IMG/VR virus record: IMGVR_UViG_2671180884_000025 | DNA: 6,491 nt | Source: a virus | Lineage: Duplodnaviria > Heunggongvirae > Uroviricota > Caudoviricetes | Direction: 5' to 3' (one strand) | Part shown: positions 1 through 6,491 of the stretch, piece after piece | Layout: every line of letters begins with the position of its first letter | Numbering within the stretch: the stretch's first letter is position 1 | The notes under the pieces: model-generated | The model's database searches: none | Told to the model about the DNA's origin: nothing | Seen by the model: the letters and a program-made list of their open reading frames with translations, nothing else | Program-made: the position numbers and the translations under genes

Positions 1-57
1 GAGGTGGATCCGTTTGCGGCGCTGGAAGACGCGCTGAGCTTTGCAGCACAGTCATGA
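1..57 (+). CDS. 3' end of an upstream ORF (frame 1, translates ...EVDPFAALEDALSFAAQS*). By position it may be the C-terminus of a gpT-like tail assembly chaperone; truncated at the window start.
   Basis: Open frame from base 1 to TGA at 55-57, directly upstream of the tape measure gene as in lambda G/T-H order. Too short to recognise by sequence. Confidence 0.35.
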   Translation, partial: EVDPFAALEDALSFAAQS

Positions 58-65
58 ATGATGAG

Positions 66-86
66 AACCGCTGAGGCGGTTTTTTT
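66..86 (+). terminator. Weak intrinsic-terminator-like hairpin between the upstream ORF and the tape measure gene
   Basis: Stem AACCGC (66-71), loop TGAG, stem GCGGTT (76-81), running into a run of 7 T (80-86). Short stem, so at most a weak terminator or attenuator. Confidence 0.3.
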
Positions 87-104
87 ACGCCCGGAGAAAG
101 GTGA

Positions 105-3100
105 ATGGCGACGTTACGTGAACTGATTATCAAAATTTCGGCAAATTCGCAGTCATTCCAGTCGGAGATCCAGCGGGCTTCCCGCATGGGCAGTGAATAT
201 TACCGGACCCTGCAGAATGGCGGGCGTCAGGCTGCCGCAGTCGCCCGGGAGCAGCGACGCGCCCTGGCTGAGCTGAACAGCCAGTTGACGGAAATCCGCG
301 CTTCAGCTGCCGGAACGGCGGGGGCATTTGCAGGTGCCTTTGCCACCGGACACCTGATTTCTCTGGCCGATGAATGGAGTTCCGTGAATGCCCGACTGAA
401 ACAGGCGTCGCAGTCATCCGATGAATTTTCGTCATCACAGAAAGTGCTGATGGATATCAGCCAGCGGACGGGCACGGCATTTTCAGATAATGCGGCCCTG
501 TTTGCCCGCTCGGCAGCCTCAATGCGTGAATATGGCTACAGTGCTGATGATGTGCTGAAGGTGACGGAGGCCATTTCCACGGGGCTGAAAATCTCCGGTG
601 CCAGTACGGCAGAGGCGGGCTCGGTGATCACCCAGTTCAGCCAGGCGCTGGCACAGGGTGTGTTACGCGGTGAGGAATTTAATTCGGTCAATGAAAGCGG
701 AGACCGGATCGTACGTGCACTGGCTGCGGGTATGGGCGTGGCCCGTAAAGACCTTAAGGCGATGGCGGACGACGGCAAACTGACGGCGGATAAAGTCGTT
801 CCTGCGTTAATCAGCCAGCTGGGGGTATTGCGTGATGAATATGCCGCCATGCCGGAAACGGTCTCTGACGGGATCACAAAGGTGGAAAACGCCTTTATGG
901 CCTGGGTGGGTGGCGCGAATGAGGCCAGTGGGGTGACAAAAACGCTCTCCGGCGTGCTGAACGGTGTTGCCGGTAATATTGATAATGTGGCAACAGCAGC
1001 GGGGGCGCTGGTTGCCGTCGGGGTTGCCCGGTACTTTGGCAATATGGCCTCCGGAGCGGTGTCTGCCACGGCAGGACTTGTGACGGCAGCACGTAATGAA
1101 GTGGCACTGGCGGAAGCACAGCTCAGGGGGACGCAGATTGCCACGGCGCGGGCAAGGGCAGCCGTGTACCGTGCACAGCAGGCTGTGGCGGCAGCCCGCG
1201 GGACGGAGATGCAGATTGCTGCAGAAGCCCGTCTGGCGGCCACACAGGAACGCCTGAACAGAAATATTGCTGCCAGAACCGCAGCCCAGAATGCGCTGAA
1301 CAGTACAACGGCGGTGGGCTCACGTCTGATGACTGGTGCGTTGGGACTGGTTGGTGGCGTACCCGGACTGGTGATGCTGGGGGCAGCAGCATGGTATACG
1401 CTGTACCAGAATCAGGAGCAGGCCAGGGAGTCAGCGCGCCAGTATGCACTGACGATAGATGAAATCGCGCATAAAACGCCGTCAATGTCTTTGCCTGAAG
1501 CCTCAGATAATGAAGGACGAACACGGGCGGCGCTGGCAGAGCAGAACCGGCTGATTGATGAACAGGCCAGCCGGGTGAAATCCCTGCAGGAAAAAATCGC
1601 TGGATATCAGTATGTTCTGGCTAACCCTGGCTGGACAACCGGTGACGGATTCATGATAAACCATCTGACATCGGTGAAGACCGTAACGGAAGGGCTTTCT
1701 CAGGCAACAGAGCAGCTTGCCGTTGAGCAGTCCCGTCTGGCACAGATGCAGGAAAAAGCGCAGTCCATTCAGGATGTGCTTGCCGGGCTGGAAGACCGTC
1801 GTGTGGCGTTAATTCGTCAGCAGGCGGCAGAGCAGAATAAGGTGTACCAGTCCATGCTGGTTATGAACGGTCAGCATACGGAATTCAACCGTCTGCTGGG
1901 GCTGGGGAATGAACTGCTTCAGCAGCGGCAGGGACTGGTGAATGTACCGTTACGGCTGCCGCAGGCCACCCTGGATGATAAACAGCAGAGCGCCCTGACA
2001 AAAACAGAACGTGAGCTGGCCCTGTCCCGACTGAAGGGGGAGGAAAAAGAGCGTGCCCGGCTGGGGTATGCGGCGGATGACCTCGGTTTTGTGGGGGATT
2101 CGTATCAGGAGGCGAGACAGCGTTATATCAGTAATGCTCTGGAAGCCTGGCGTAATAACGAGGCGAACAAACCTAAATCCCGGGGTGGAAAATCAGAGAC
2201 GGAAAAAGCGGAAGACAGTTTTTCCCGGCTACTGAAGCAGCAGAAAGAGCAACTGGCACTGGCGGGTAAGAATACAGAGCTGGCGAAGCTGAAGTACCAG
2301 ACTGCGCAGGGCGAACTGAAAACCCTGACGGAGATGCAGAAGCAGGAACTGCTGCGTAACGCGGCCCTGATTGACCAGCAAAAAATCCGGGAACAGTTGC
2401 GATCCCGGGAAGAGACCCTGAAGAATGATAATGTGGCTGCGCGTGCATCAAATGAAGCCGAACTGCTGGGATACGGGCAGGGAGAACGAGCCAGGGAACG
2501 CATGCGGGAGTTGCAGCAGATCCGCGACAGCTTCCGCCAGAAGGATGCGGACCTTCAGTCTCAGTATCAGACCGGGGATATCAGTGAGGATTTTTACAGA
2601 CAGGCACGGGCACAGAACGCGCAGTATCTGAGCGAACGCCTTAAGGACCAGGCAGCCTTTTATGCCGAATCGGATGCGCAGCGTGCGGACTGGCAGAAAG
2701 GCTTGCAGGAGGGGCTCAGTAACTGGGTGGATAATGCGTCCGATTACGCCTCACAGGCAGCACAGCTTGCGACGGAGGGTATCTCAGGGATGGTGAATAA
2801 CATCACGGAGATGCTGAACGGGAATAAAGTGGAATGGCGCAACTGGGCCTCATCAGTGCTGCAGGAAATATCAAAAGTTCTTATGAATGCCGCGATTGTC
2901 AACGGGATCAAGACGGCGGCAAACAGTATGTCCGGTGCAGGAGGATTTATTGGCAGTATTGGTGACTGGCTGGGCGGTGCGGTGGCCAATGCAAAAGGCG
3001 GCGTGTATACCTCGGCAAACCTGAGTGCGTACAGCAACAGCATTGTGGATACGCCCACGTACTTTGCCTTTGCAAAAGGGGCCGGGCTGATGGGGGAAGC

Positions 3101-3347
3101 CGGACCTGAAGCCATAATGCCCCTGACCCGGGCGGCGGATGGCTCGCTGGGCGTACGTGCCGTGGGCAGGATGAACGGGAGTGCGGGTCTGGTGTATTCC
3201 CCGGTCTACCACATCGCCATTCAGAATGACGGGGCCAACGGTCAGATAGGGCCGGAGGCGGCAGGCAGCCTTGTTCAGTTGATTGACCAGCGGGTGCAGG
3301 CGGTGATGCTGTCCATGCGACGAGACGGAGGAATGCTGAGTGGCTGA
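105..3347 (+). CDS. H: Phage tail tape measure protein (lambda gpH-like C-terminal region), 1080 aa
   Basis: Long ORF with an AAGGTG Shine-Dalgarno 5-6 nt before ATG 105. Gly/Ala-rich hydrophobic segments (e.g. GALVAVGVARYFGNMASGAVSATAGLV, LMTGALGLVGGVPGLVMLGAAAWYTLY), a long Q/E/R/K-rich coiled-coil-like middle, and a C-terminus (…IQNDGANGQIGPEAAG…MRRDGGMLSG) resembling the lambda gpH C-terminus as recalled. Sits immediately upstream of M/L/K. Confidence 0.92.
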   Translation: MATLRELIIKISANSQSFQSEIQRASRMGSEYYRTLQNGGRQAAAVAREQRRALAELNSQLTEIRASAAGTAGAFAGAFATGHLISLADEWSSVNARLKQASQSSDEFSSSQKVLMDISQRTGTAFSDNAALFARSAASMREYGYSADDVLKVTEAISTGLKISGASTAEAGSVITQFSQALAQGVLRGEEFNSVNESGDRIVRALAAGMGVARKDLKAMADDGKLTADKVVPALISQLGVLRDEYAAMPETVSDGITKVENAFMAWVGGANEASGVTKTLSGVLNGVAGNIDNVATAAGALVAVGVARYFGNMASGAVSATAGLVTAARNEVALAEAQLRGTQIATARARAAVYRAQQAVAAARGTEMQIAAEARLAATQERLNRNIAARTAAQNALNSTTAVGSRLMTGALGLVGGVPGLVMLGAAAWYTLYQNQEQARESARQYALTIDEIAHKTPSMSLPEASDNEGRTRAALAEQNRLIDEQASRVKSLQEKIAGYQYVLANPGWTTGDGFMINHLTSVKTVTEGLSQATEQLAVEQSRLAQMQEKAQSIQDVLAGLEDRRVALIRQQAAEQNKVYQSMLVMNGQHTEFNRLLGLGNELLQQRQGLVNVPLRLPQATLDDKQQSALTKTERELALSRLKGEEKERARLGYAADDLGFVGDSYQEARQRYISNALEAWRNNEANKPKSRGGKSETEKAEDSFSRLLKQQKEQLALAGKNTELAKLKYQTAQGELKTLTEMQKQELLRNAALIDQQKIREQLRSREETLKNDNVAARASNEAELLGYGQGERARERMRELQQIRDSFRQKDADLQSQYQTGDISEDFYRQARAQNAQYLSERLKDQAAFYAESDAQRADWQKGLQEGLSNWVDNASDYASQAAQLATEGISGMVNNITEMLNGNKVEWRNWASSVLQEISKVLMNAAIVNGIKTAANSMSGAGGFIGSIGDWLGGAVANAKGGVYTSANLSAYSNSIVDTPTYFAFAKGAGLMGEAGPEAIMPLTRAADGSLGVRAVGRMNGSAGLVYSPVYHIAIQNDGANGQIGPEAAGSLVQLIDQRVQAVMLSMRRDGGMLSG

Positions 3348-3681
3348 GATAAAAACGCTGCATCTGGTCCCGCGTGAAGGGATGCAGGTGAGTGAGAAAC
3401 CGTCGGTGGTGAGGGTCCGGTTTGGTGACGGTTATGAACAGCGCCGACCGACGGGACTGAATGCCCGACTGAAGACATTTCAGGCAGTGTTCCGGGTGAC
3501 GGATGAGGCGACCCGGCGCTGGCTGGATGAATTTTTATCGTGGCATGGTGGTTACCGTGCCTTTTTGTGGCGACCGCCGAAACATAACCGGACGGTCAGG
3601 GTGGTGTGCCGGGAGTGGAGTATTACGGATAACGCCAGGTACAGCGATTTCAGTTGTATGATGGAACAGGTAATAAGATAA
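3340..3681 (+). CDS. M: Minor tail protein M (lambda gpM homolog), 113 aa, GTG start overlapping the end of H
   Basis: Translation MAEIKTLHLVPREGMQVSEKPSVVRVRFGDGYEQRRPTGLNARLKT… aligns by eye with lambda gpM (…SVPSVRKVRFGDGYSQRAPAGLNANLKT…). GGAGG at 3326-3330 precedes the GTG at 3340; the start overlaps the H stop (3345-3347) by 8 nt, suggesting translational coupling. Confidence 0.9.
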   Translation: MAEIKTLHLVPREGMQVSEKPSVVRVRFGDGYEQRRPTGLNARLKTFQAVFRVTDEATRRWLDEFLSWHGGYRAFLWRPPKHNRTVRVVCREWSITDNARYSDFSCMMEQVIR

Positions 3682-3774
3682 GTTTTTGAGAAAAAAACCT
3701 AAAAGCATCGTTTATTAATTTGCTTGCTTGTTATTTTTGTTTTGTCTTGACATAAAGTGCTATCAAAGTTGTTT

Positions 3775-3830
3775 TTTTACATTTTGAAACAAAATAAAAA
3801 TTGAACCCGTAATTTAATTTACAATATTTT
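3775..3830 (+). promoter_or_regulatory. Putative porin promoter region: OmpR-box-like motif TTTACAATTTTGAAACA (3775-3791), candidate -35 TTGAAC (3801-3806), candidate -10 TACAAT (3820-3825)
   Basis: The motif resembles the OmpR-binding C1 site of ompC as recalled from memory (TTTACATTTTGAAACATCTA), with one extra A. TACAAT is a near-consensus -10, but the spacer to TTGAAC is only 13 nt, so the promoter may be activator-dependent with a poor -35. The whole 207-bp M-porin spacer is AT-rich. Confidence 0.4.
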
Positions 3831-3888
3831 GAGTTTTGTTCATGACATCTCTATGCATGAATAGTTCAGTTTAAATAAGGATTAAATC

Positions 3889-3957
3889 ATGAAAAAAATG
3901 ACAGTGGCACTTTCAGCTGTGGCAGCAGCTGTAATTTTTGCAGCGGGGGCGCAGGCT
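3889..3957 (+). other. Sec signal peptide of the porin (23 aa, [23 protein letters not shown], predicted cleavage before AEVY)
   Basis: Positively charged N-terminus (KK), hydrophobic core, A-x-A site immediately before the conserved mature porin N-terminus. Confidence 0.8.
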
Positions 3958-5052
3958 GCAGAAGTATACAATAAAGATGGCAATAAACTTGATGTGTATG
4001 GGCGTGCAACTGCACTCCATTATTTCTCCAGTGATAAGGGGGATGATGGAGATAAGACATACGCACGTCTGGGCTTTAAAGGTGAAACTCAGATTAATGA
4101 CCAGTTGACTGGTTTTGGTCAGTGGGAATATCAGTTCTCTGGTAATAAAGCTGAATCAGAGGGTGCTGCGGGTAATAAAACCCGTCTTGCATTTGCAGGT
4201 CTGAAGTTTGGTGAGTTTGGCACCATTGATTATGGTCGTAACTATGGTATTGCGTACGATGTTGGTTCTTATACTGACGTATTACCAGAGTTTGGCGGTG
4301 ATGGCTGGACCCAGACCGATAACTTCATGACAGCCCGTACTTCCGGGGTATTAACCTATCGTAATACAGATTTCTTTGGGCTTGTCGATGGCCTGAATTT
4401 TGCGGCACAGTACCAGGGTAAAAATGATCGGGGTGATCTCCGGAAAGCTAATGGTGATGGTCACGGTTTCTCAGCCAGTTATGAATATGAAGGTTTTGGT
4501 ATCGTTGCCGCATATATTAATGCGGACCGAACCAATAATCAGGAAAAAGGTCTGAATGGTACTCTGACGATTGAACAAACTGATCCTTTAACCGGTAAAG
4601 TGACTGAAAAGCAGATCGTTGTTGATTCCGGTAGTGTTGCAAAAGGTAAACACGCTGAGATGTGGGGAGTCGGACTAAAATACGATGCTGACAACCTTTA
4701 CCTGGCTACAACATATTCCGAAACTCAGAATCTGACGACCTTTGGTGATAAAGGAGTTGCAGATAAAGCGCAAAACTTTGAAGCGGTACTGCAGTATCAG
4801 TTTGATTTCGGTCTGCGTCCATCTCTGGCATTCCTGCAGTCTCGTGCTCAGGATGTCATTGTAGGTGGTAAAAACTATGGTGACCAGGATTTGGTTAAGT
4901 ATGTTGACGTAGGTGCGAAATATTACTTCAATAAAAATATGTCCACCTATGTTGATTATAAAATCAATCTGGTTGATGAGAATAAGTTTACCAGGGATGC
5001 GGGCATTGCAACGGATGATATCGTTGCTGTTGGTATGACTTATCAGTTCTGA
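3889..5052 (+). CDS. General diffusion porin, OmpC/OmpF/PhoE/NmpC/Lc family (16-strand beta-barrel trimeric porin), 387-aa precursor
   Basis: AAGGA Shine-Dalgarno 7 nt before the ATG. N-terminal signal peptide with AQA cleavage motif, then mature N-terminus [15 protein letters not shown] as in enterobacterial porins. Conserved blocks [24 protein letters not shown], loop-3 [78 protein letters not shown]-terminal …VGMTYQF with terminal Phe, the outer-membrane beta-barrel signature. Confidence 0.95.
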   Translation: MKKMTVALSAVAAAVIFAAGAQAAEVYNKDGNKLDVYGRATALHYFSSDKGDDGDKTYARLGFKGETQINDQLTGFGQWEYQFSGNKAESEGAAGNKTRLAFAGLKFGEFGTIDYGRNYGIAYDVGSYTDVLPEFGGDGWTQTDNFMTARTSGVLTYRNTDFFGLVDGLNFAAQYQGKNDRGDLRKANGDGHGFSASYEYEGFGIVAAYINADRTNNQEKGLNGTLTIEQTDPLTGKVTEKQIVVDSGSVAKGKHAEMWGVGLKYDADNLYLATTYSETQNLTTFGDKGVADKAQNFEAVLQYQFDFGLRPSLAFLQSRAQDVIVGGKNYGDQDLVKYVDVGAKYYFNKNMSTYVDYKINLVDENKFTRDAGIATDDIVAVGMTYQF

Positions 5053-5072
5053 TGATTACTGGTAAATAAATA

Positions 5073-5126
5073 CAGGCCATCTGCCCTCACAGATGGCCTG
5101 TATCAGTGGAAGTTATATTTCCACTG
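5073..5126 (+). other. Two tandem stem-loops in the porin 3' UTR, neither followed by a T-tract
   Basis: First: CAGGCCATCTG (5073-5083), loop CCCTCA, CAGATGGCCTG (5090-5100). Second: CAGTGGAA (5104-5111), loop GTTATAT, TTCCACTG (5119-5126). A further palindrome ATCAGCTA-T-TAGCTGAT lies at 5137-5153. Confidence 0.5.
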
Positions 5127-5210
5127 GTCACTGCGATCAGCTATTAGCTGATTTAATTTTCATTTTATTACCTTCATCGTTTTTGATTTTTTAATTGAAC
5201 TATTTTATCA

Positions 5211-5234
5211 GGGGCGCATTGCGCCCCTTTTTTT
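5211..5234 (+). terminator. Rho-independent terminator ending the porin transcription unit
   Basis: Perfect GC-rich stem GGGGCGC (5211-5217), loop ATT, GCGCCCC (5221-5227), followed by 7 T (5228-5234). Ends 14 nt before the L start codon. Confidence 0.85.
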
Positions 5235-5248
5235 ATGGGTGGATGTTT

Positions 5249-5947
5249 ATGCAGGAGATCAACGAAGAAAGCCTGAATGAGTCGGTTAAATCAGAGCAGT
5301 CACCGCGGGTGGTACTCTGGGAAATTGACCTGACGGTGCAGGGTGGTGAGCGGTATTTTTTCTGTAATGAGCTGAATGAAAAAGGGGAGCCGGTCACCTG
5401 GCAGGGGCGGAAGTACCAGGCATACCCGATTGACGGCAGCGGCTTTGAGATGAACGGGAAAGGGAGCAGTGCCCGCCCGTCACTGACGGTGTCGAATCTG
5501 TTCGGGCTGGTTACCGGGATGGCGGAGGATTTGCAGAGCCTGGTGGGGGCCACGGTGGTTCGTCGCCGGGTGTATGCGCGTTTTCTGGATGCGGTGAATT
5601 TTGTGGCAGGCAATCCTGAGGCCGACCCGGAGCAGGAGCTGACGGACCGGTGGGTGGTGGAGCAGATGTCATCGCTGACGGCCATGACGGCCTCGTTTGT
5701 GCTGGCGACACCGACGGAGACGGACGGGGCGCTGTTTCCCGGTCGCATCATGCTGGCGAACACCTGTATGTGGGATTACCGGGGCGATGAATGCGGGTAT
5801 AACGGTCCGGCAGTGGCGGATGAGTTCGACAACCCCACCACGGATATCCGGAAGGACAGATGCAGCAAGTGCATGCGCGGGTGTGAACTGCGCAGGAATG
5901 TCGGCAATTTTGGCGGTTTCCTTTCCATCAATAAACTTTCGCAGTAA
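5249..5947 (+). CDS. L: Minor tail protein L (lambda gpL homolog), 232 aa
   Basis: From ATG 5249 the translation MQEINEESLNESVKSEQSPRVVLWEIDLTVQGGERYFFCNELNEKGEPVTWQGRKYQAYPI…GNFGGFLSINKLSQ closely matches lambda gpL as recalled, including its 232-aa length. The track ORF starts at 5195, but that extension spans the terminator hairpin and has no lambda counterpart, so 5249 is preferred. Confidence 0.93.
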   Translation: MQEINEESLNESVKSEQSPRVVLWEIDLTVQGGERYFFCNELNEKGEPVTWQGRKYQAYPIDGSGFEMNGKGSSARPSLTVSNLFGLVTGMAEDLQSLVGATVVRRRVYARFLDAVNFVAGNPEADPEQELTDRWVVEQMSSLTAMTASFVLATPTETDGALFPGRIMLANTCMWDYRGDECGYNGPAVADEFDNPTTDIRKDRCSKCMRGCELRRNVGNFGGFLSINKLSQ

Positions 5948-5957
5948 ATCCCGGTTT

Positions 5958-6491
5958 ATGACACAGACTGAATCAGCGATTCTGGCGCATACCCGGCGGT
6001 GTGCGCCTGCGGAGTCGTGCGGCTTCGTGATAACCACGACGGAGGGCGAGCGGTACCTGCCCTGTGTGAATATCTCCGCAGCGCCGGAGGCGTATTTTCG
6101 TATTGCCCCGGAAGACTGGCTGCGGGCGGAGATGCAGGGTGAGATTGTGGCGCTGGTTCACAGTCATCCCGGTGGTCTGCCCTGGCTGAGTGAGGCAGAC
6201 CGGCGACTGCAGATAAAAAGTGCCCTGCCCTGGTGGCTGGTCTGCCGGGGTGACATTCACAAATTCCGCTGCGTTCCGCACCTGACCGGACGGCGCTTTG
6301 CGCACGGGGTGACGGACTGTTACACGCTGTTCCGGGATGCATACCATCTGGCAGGCATTGATATGCCGGATTTTCACCGTGAGGATGACTGGTGGTGCAA
6401 CGGTCAGAACCTTTACCTGGACAATATGGAGGCAACGGGCTTTTACCGGGTGCCCCTGTCCTCTTATAGCGCGGCGATTTTTTTGATACCG
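5958..6491 (+). CDS. K: Tail assembly protein K (lambda gpK homolog, JAMM/MPN plus NlpC/P60-type), 5' partial, runs off the window end
   Basis: ATG at 5958, 10 nt after the L stop. Translation MTQTESAILAHTRRCAPAESCGFV…VALVHSHPGGLPWLSEADRRLQ…HGVTDCYTLFRDAYHLAGIDMPDFHREDDWW… closely matches lambda gpK as recalled (HxH JAMM-like motif; conserved Cys in VTDCYTLF). No stop before base 6491. Confidence 0.9.
   Translation, partial: MTQTESAILAHTRRCAPAESCGFVITTTEGERYLPCVNISAAPEAYFRIAPEDWLRAEMQGEIVALVHSHPGGLPWLSEADRRLQIKSALPWWLVCRGDIHKFRCVPHLTGRRFAHGVTDCYTLFRDAYHLAGIDMPDFHREDDWWCNGQNLYLDNMEATGFYRVPLSSYSAAIFLIP

Larger units (their letters stand above)
3682..5248 (+). other. AT-rich cargo insert (moron) between tail genes M and L: promoter region, porin gene, terminator
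   Basis: By eye the base composition drops sharply after the M stop and recovers at the L start. In lambda, M and L are adjacent. The insert has its own transcription signals. Confidence 0.8.

Noticed and set aside
130-3363. Multiple minus-strand ORFs (e.g. 536-1243, 1123-1524, 2123-2503, 2744-3115, 2947-3363) and small +-strand out-of-frame ORFs (2053-2235, 2425-2631) inside the tape measure gene
   Set aside because: They lie entirely within a well-supported long coding region, have low-complexity Pro/Ala/Ser/Arg-rich translations typical of antisense or off-frame reading of GC-rich coding DNA, and have no start-site signals.
3275-3478. Minus-strand 67-aa ORF spanning the H/M junction
   Set aside because: Antisense to the coupled H-M junction, with no ribosome-binding site or recognisable product.
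3720-3732. Short tandem TTGC repeat (TTGCTTGCTTG) in the porin upstream region
   Set aside because: Only about 2.5 copies; most likely a chance low-complexity feature of AT-rich DNA.
3682-3888. Possible micF-like antisense RNA gene upstream of the porin, by analogy with the ompC-micF arrangement
   Set aside because: The spacer is only 207 bp and must hold the porin promoter. I see no stretch resembling micF as I recall it and no divergent promoter-terminator pair. Cannot be excluded without a covariance-model search.
5233-6435. Minus-strand ORFs overlapping L and K (5233-5763, 5511-5711, 5669-6037, 5956-6435, 5973-6377)
   Set aside because: Antisense to the strongly supported L and K genes; Pro/Arg-rich low-complexity translations; regarded as spurious.
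6440-6491. Sequence CTGTCCTCTTATA near the window end, superficially like a Tn5 mosaic end (CTGTCTCTTATACACATCT)
   Set aside because: Imperfect and partial (an extra C, and the following bases do not match); most likely a chance resemblance within K coding sequence.
1-6491. CRISPR arrays, tRNA or rRNA genes, integrase or att sites
   Set aside because: No regularly spaced direct repeats, no cloverleaf-like segments and no recombinase-like ORFs are evident; the window lies inside the tail structural module.

Overview
This window is a lambda-like (siphovirus) prophage tail-assembly module on the + strand, in lambda gene order: the 3' end of a possible gpT-like gene, a 1080-aa tape measure protein (H), minor tail protein M, then L and the 5' part of K. 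Between M and L, where lambda has the two genes adjacent, sits a ~1.57 kb AT-rich insert carrying a complete OmpC/OmpF/PhoE-family general porin gene with its own promoter-like region, signal peptide and a strong intrinsic terminator. This cargo gene (moron) inside the tail operon is the most interesting element here. All calls come from reading the sequence and recalled protein families; no database search or computation was run. Minus-strand ORFs in the track appear to be antisense artefacts of GC-rich coding sequence.
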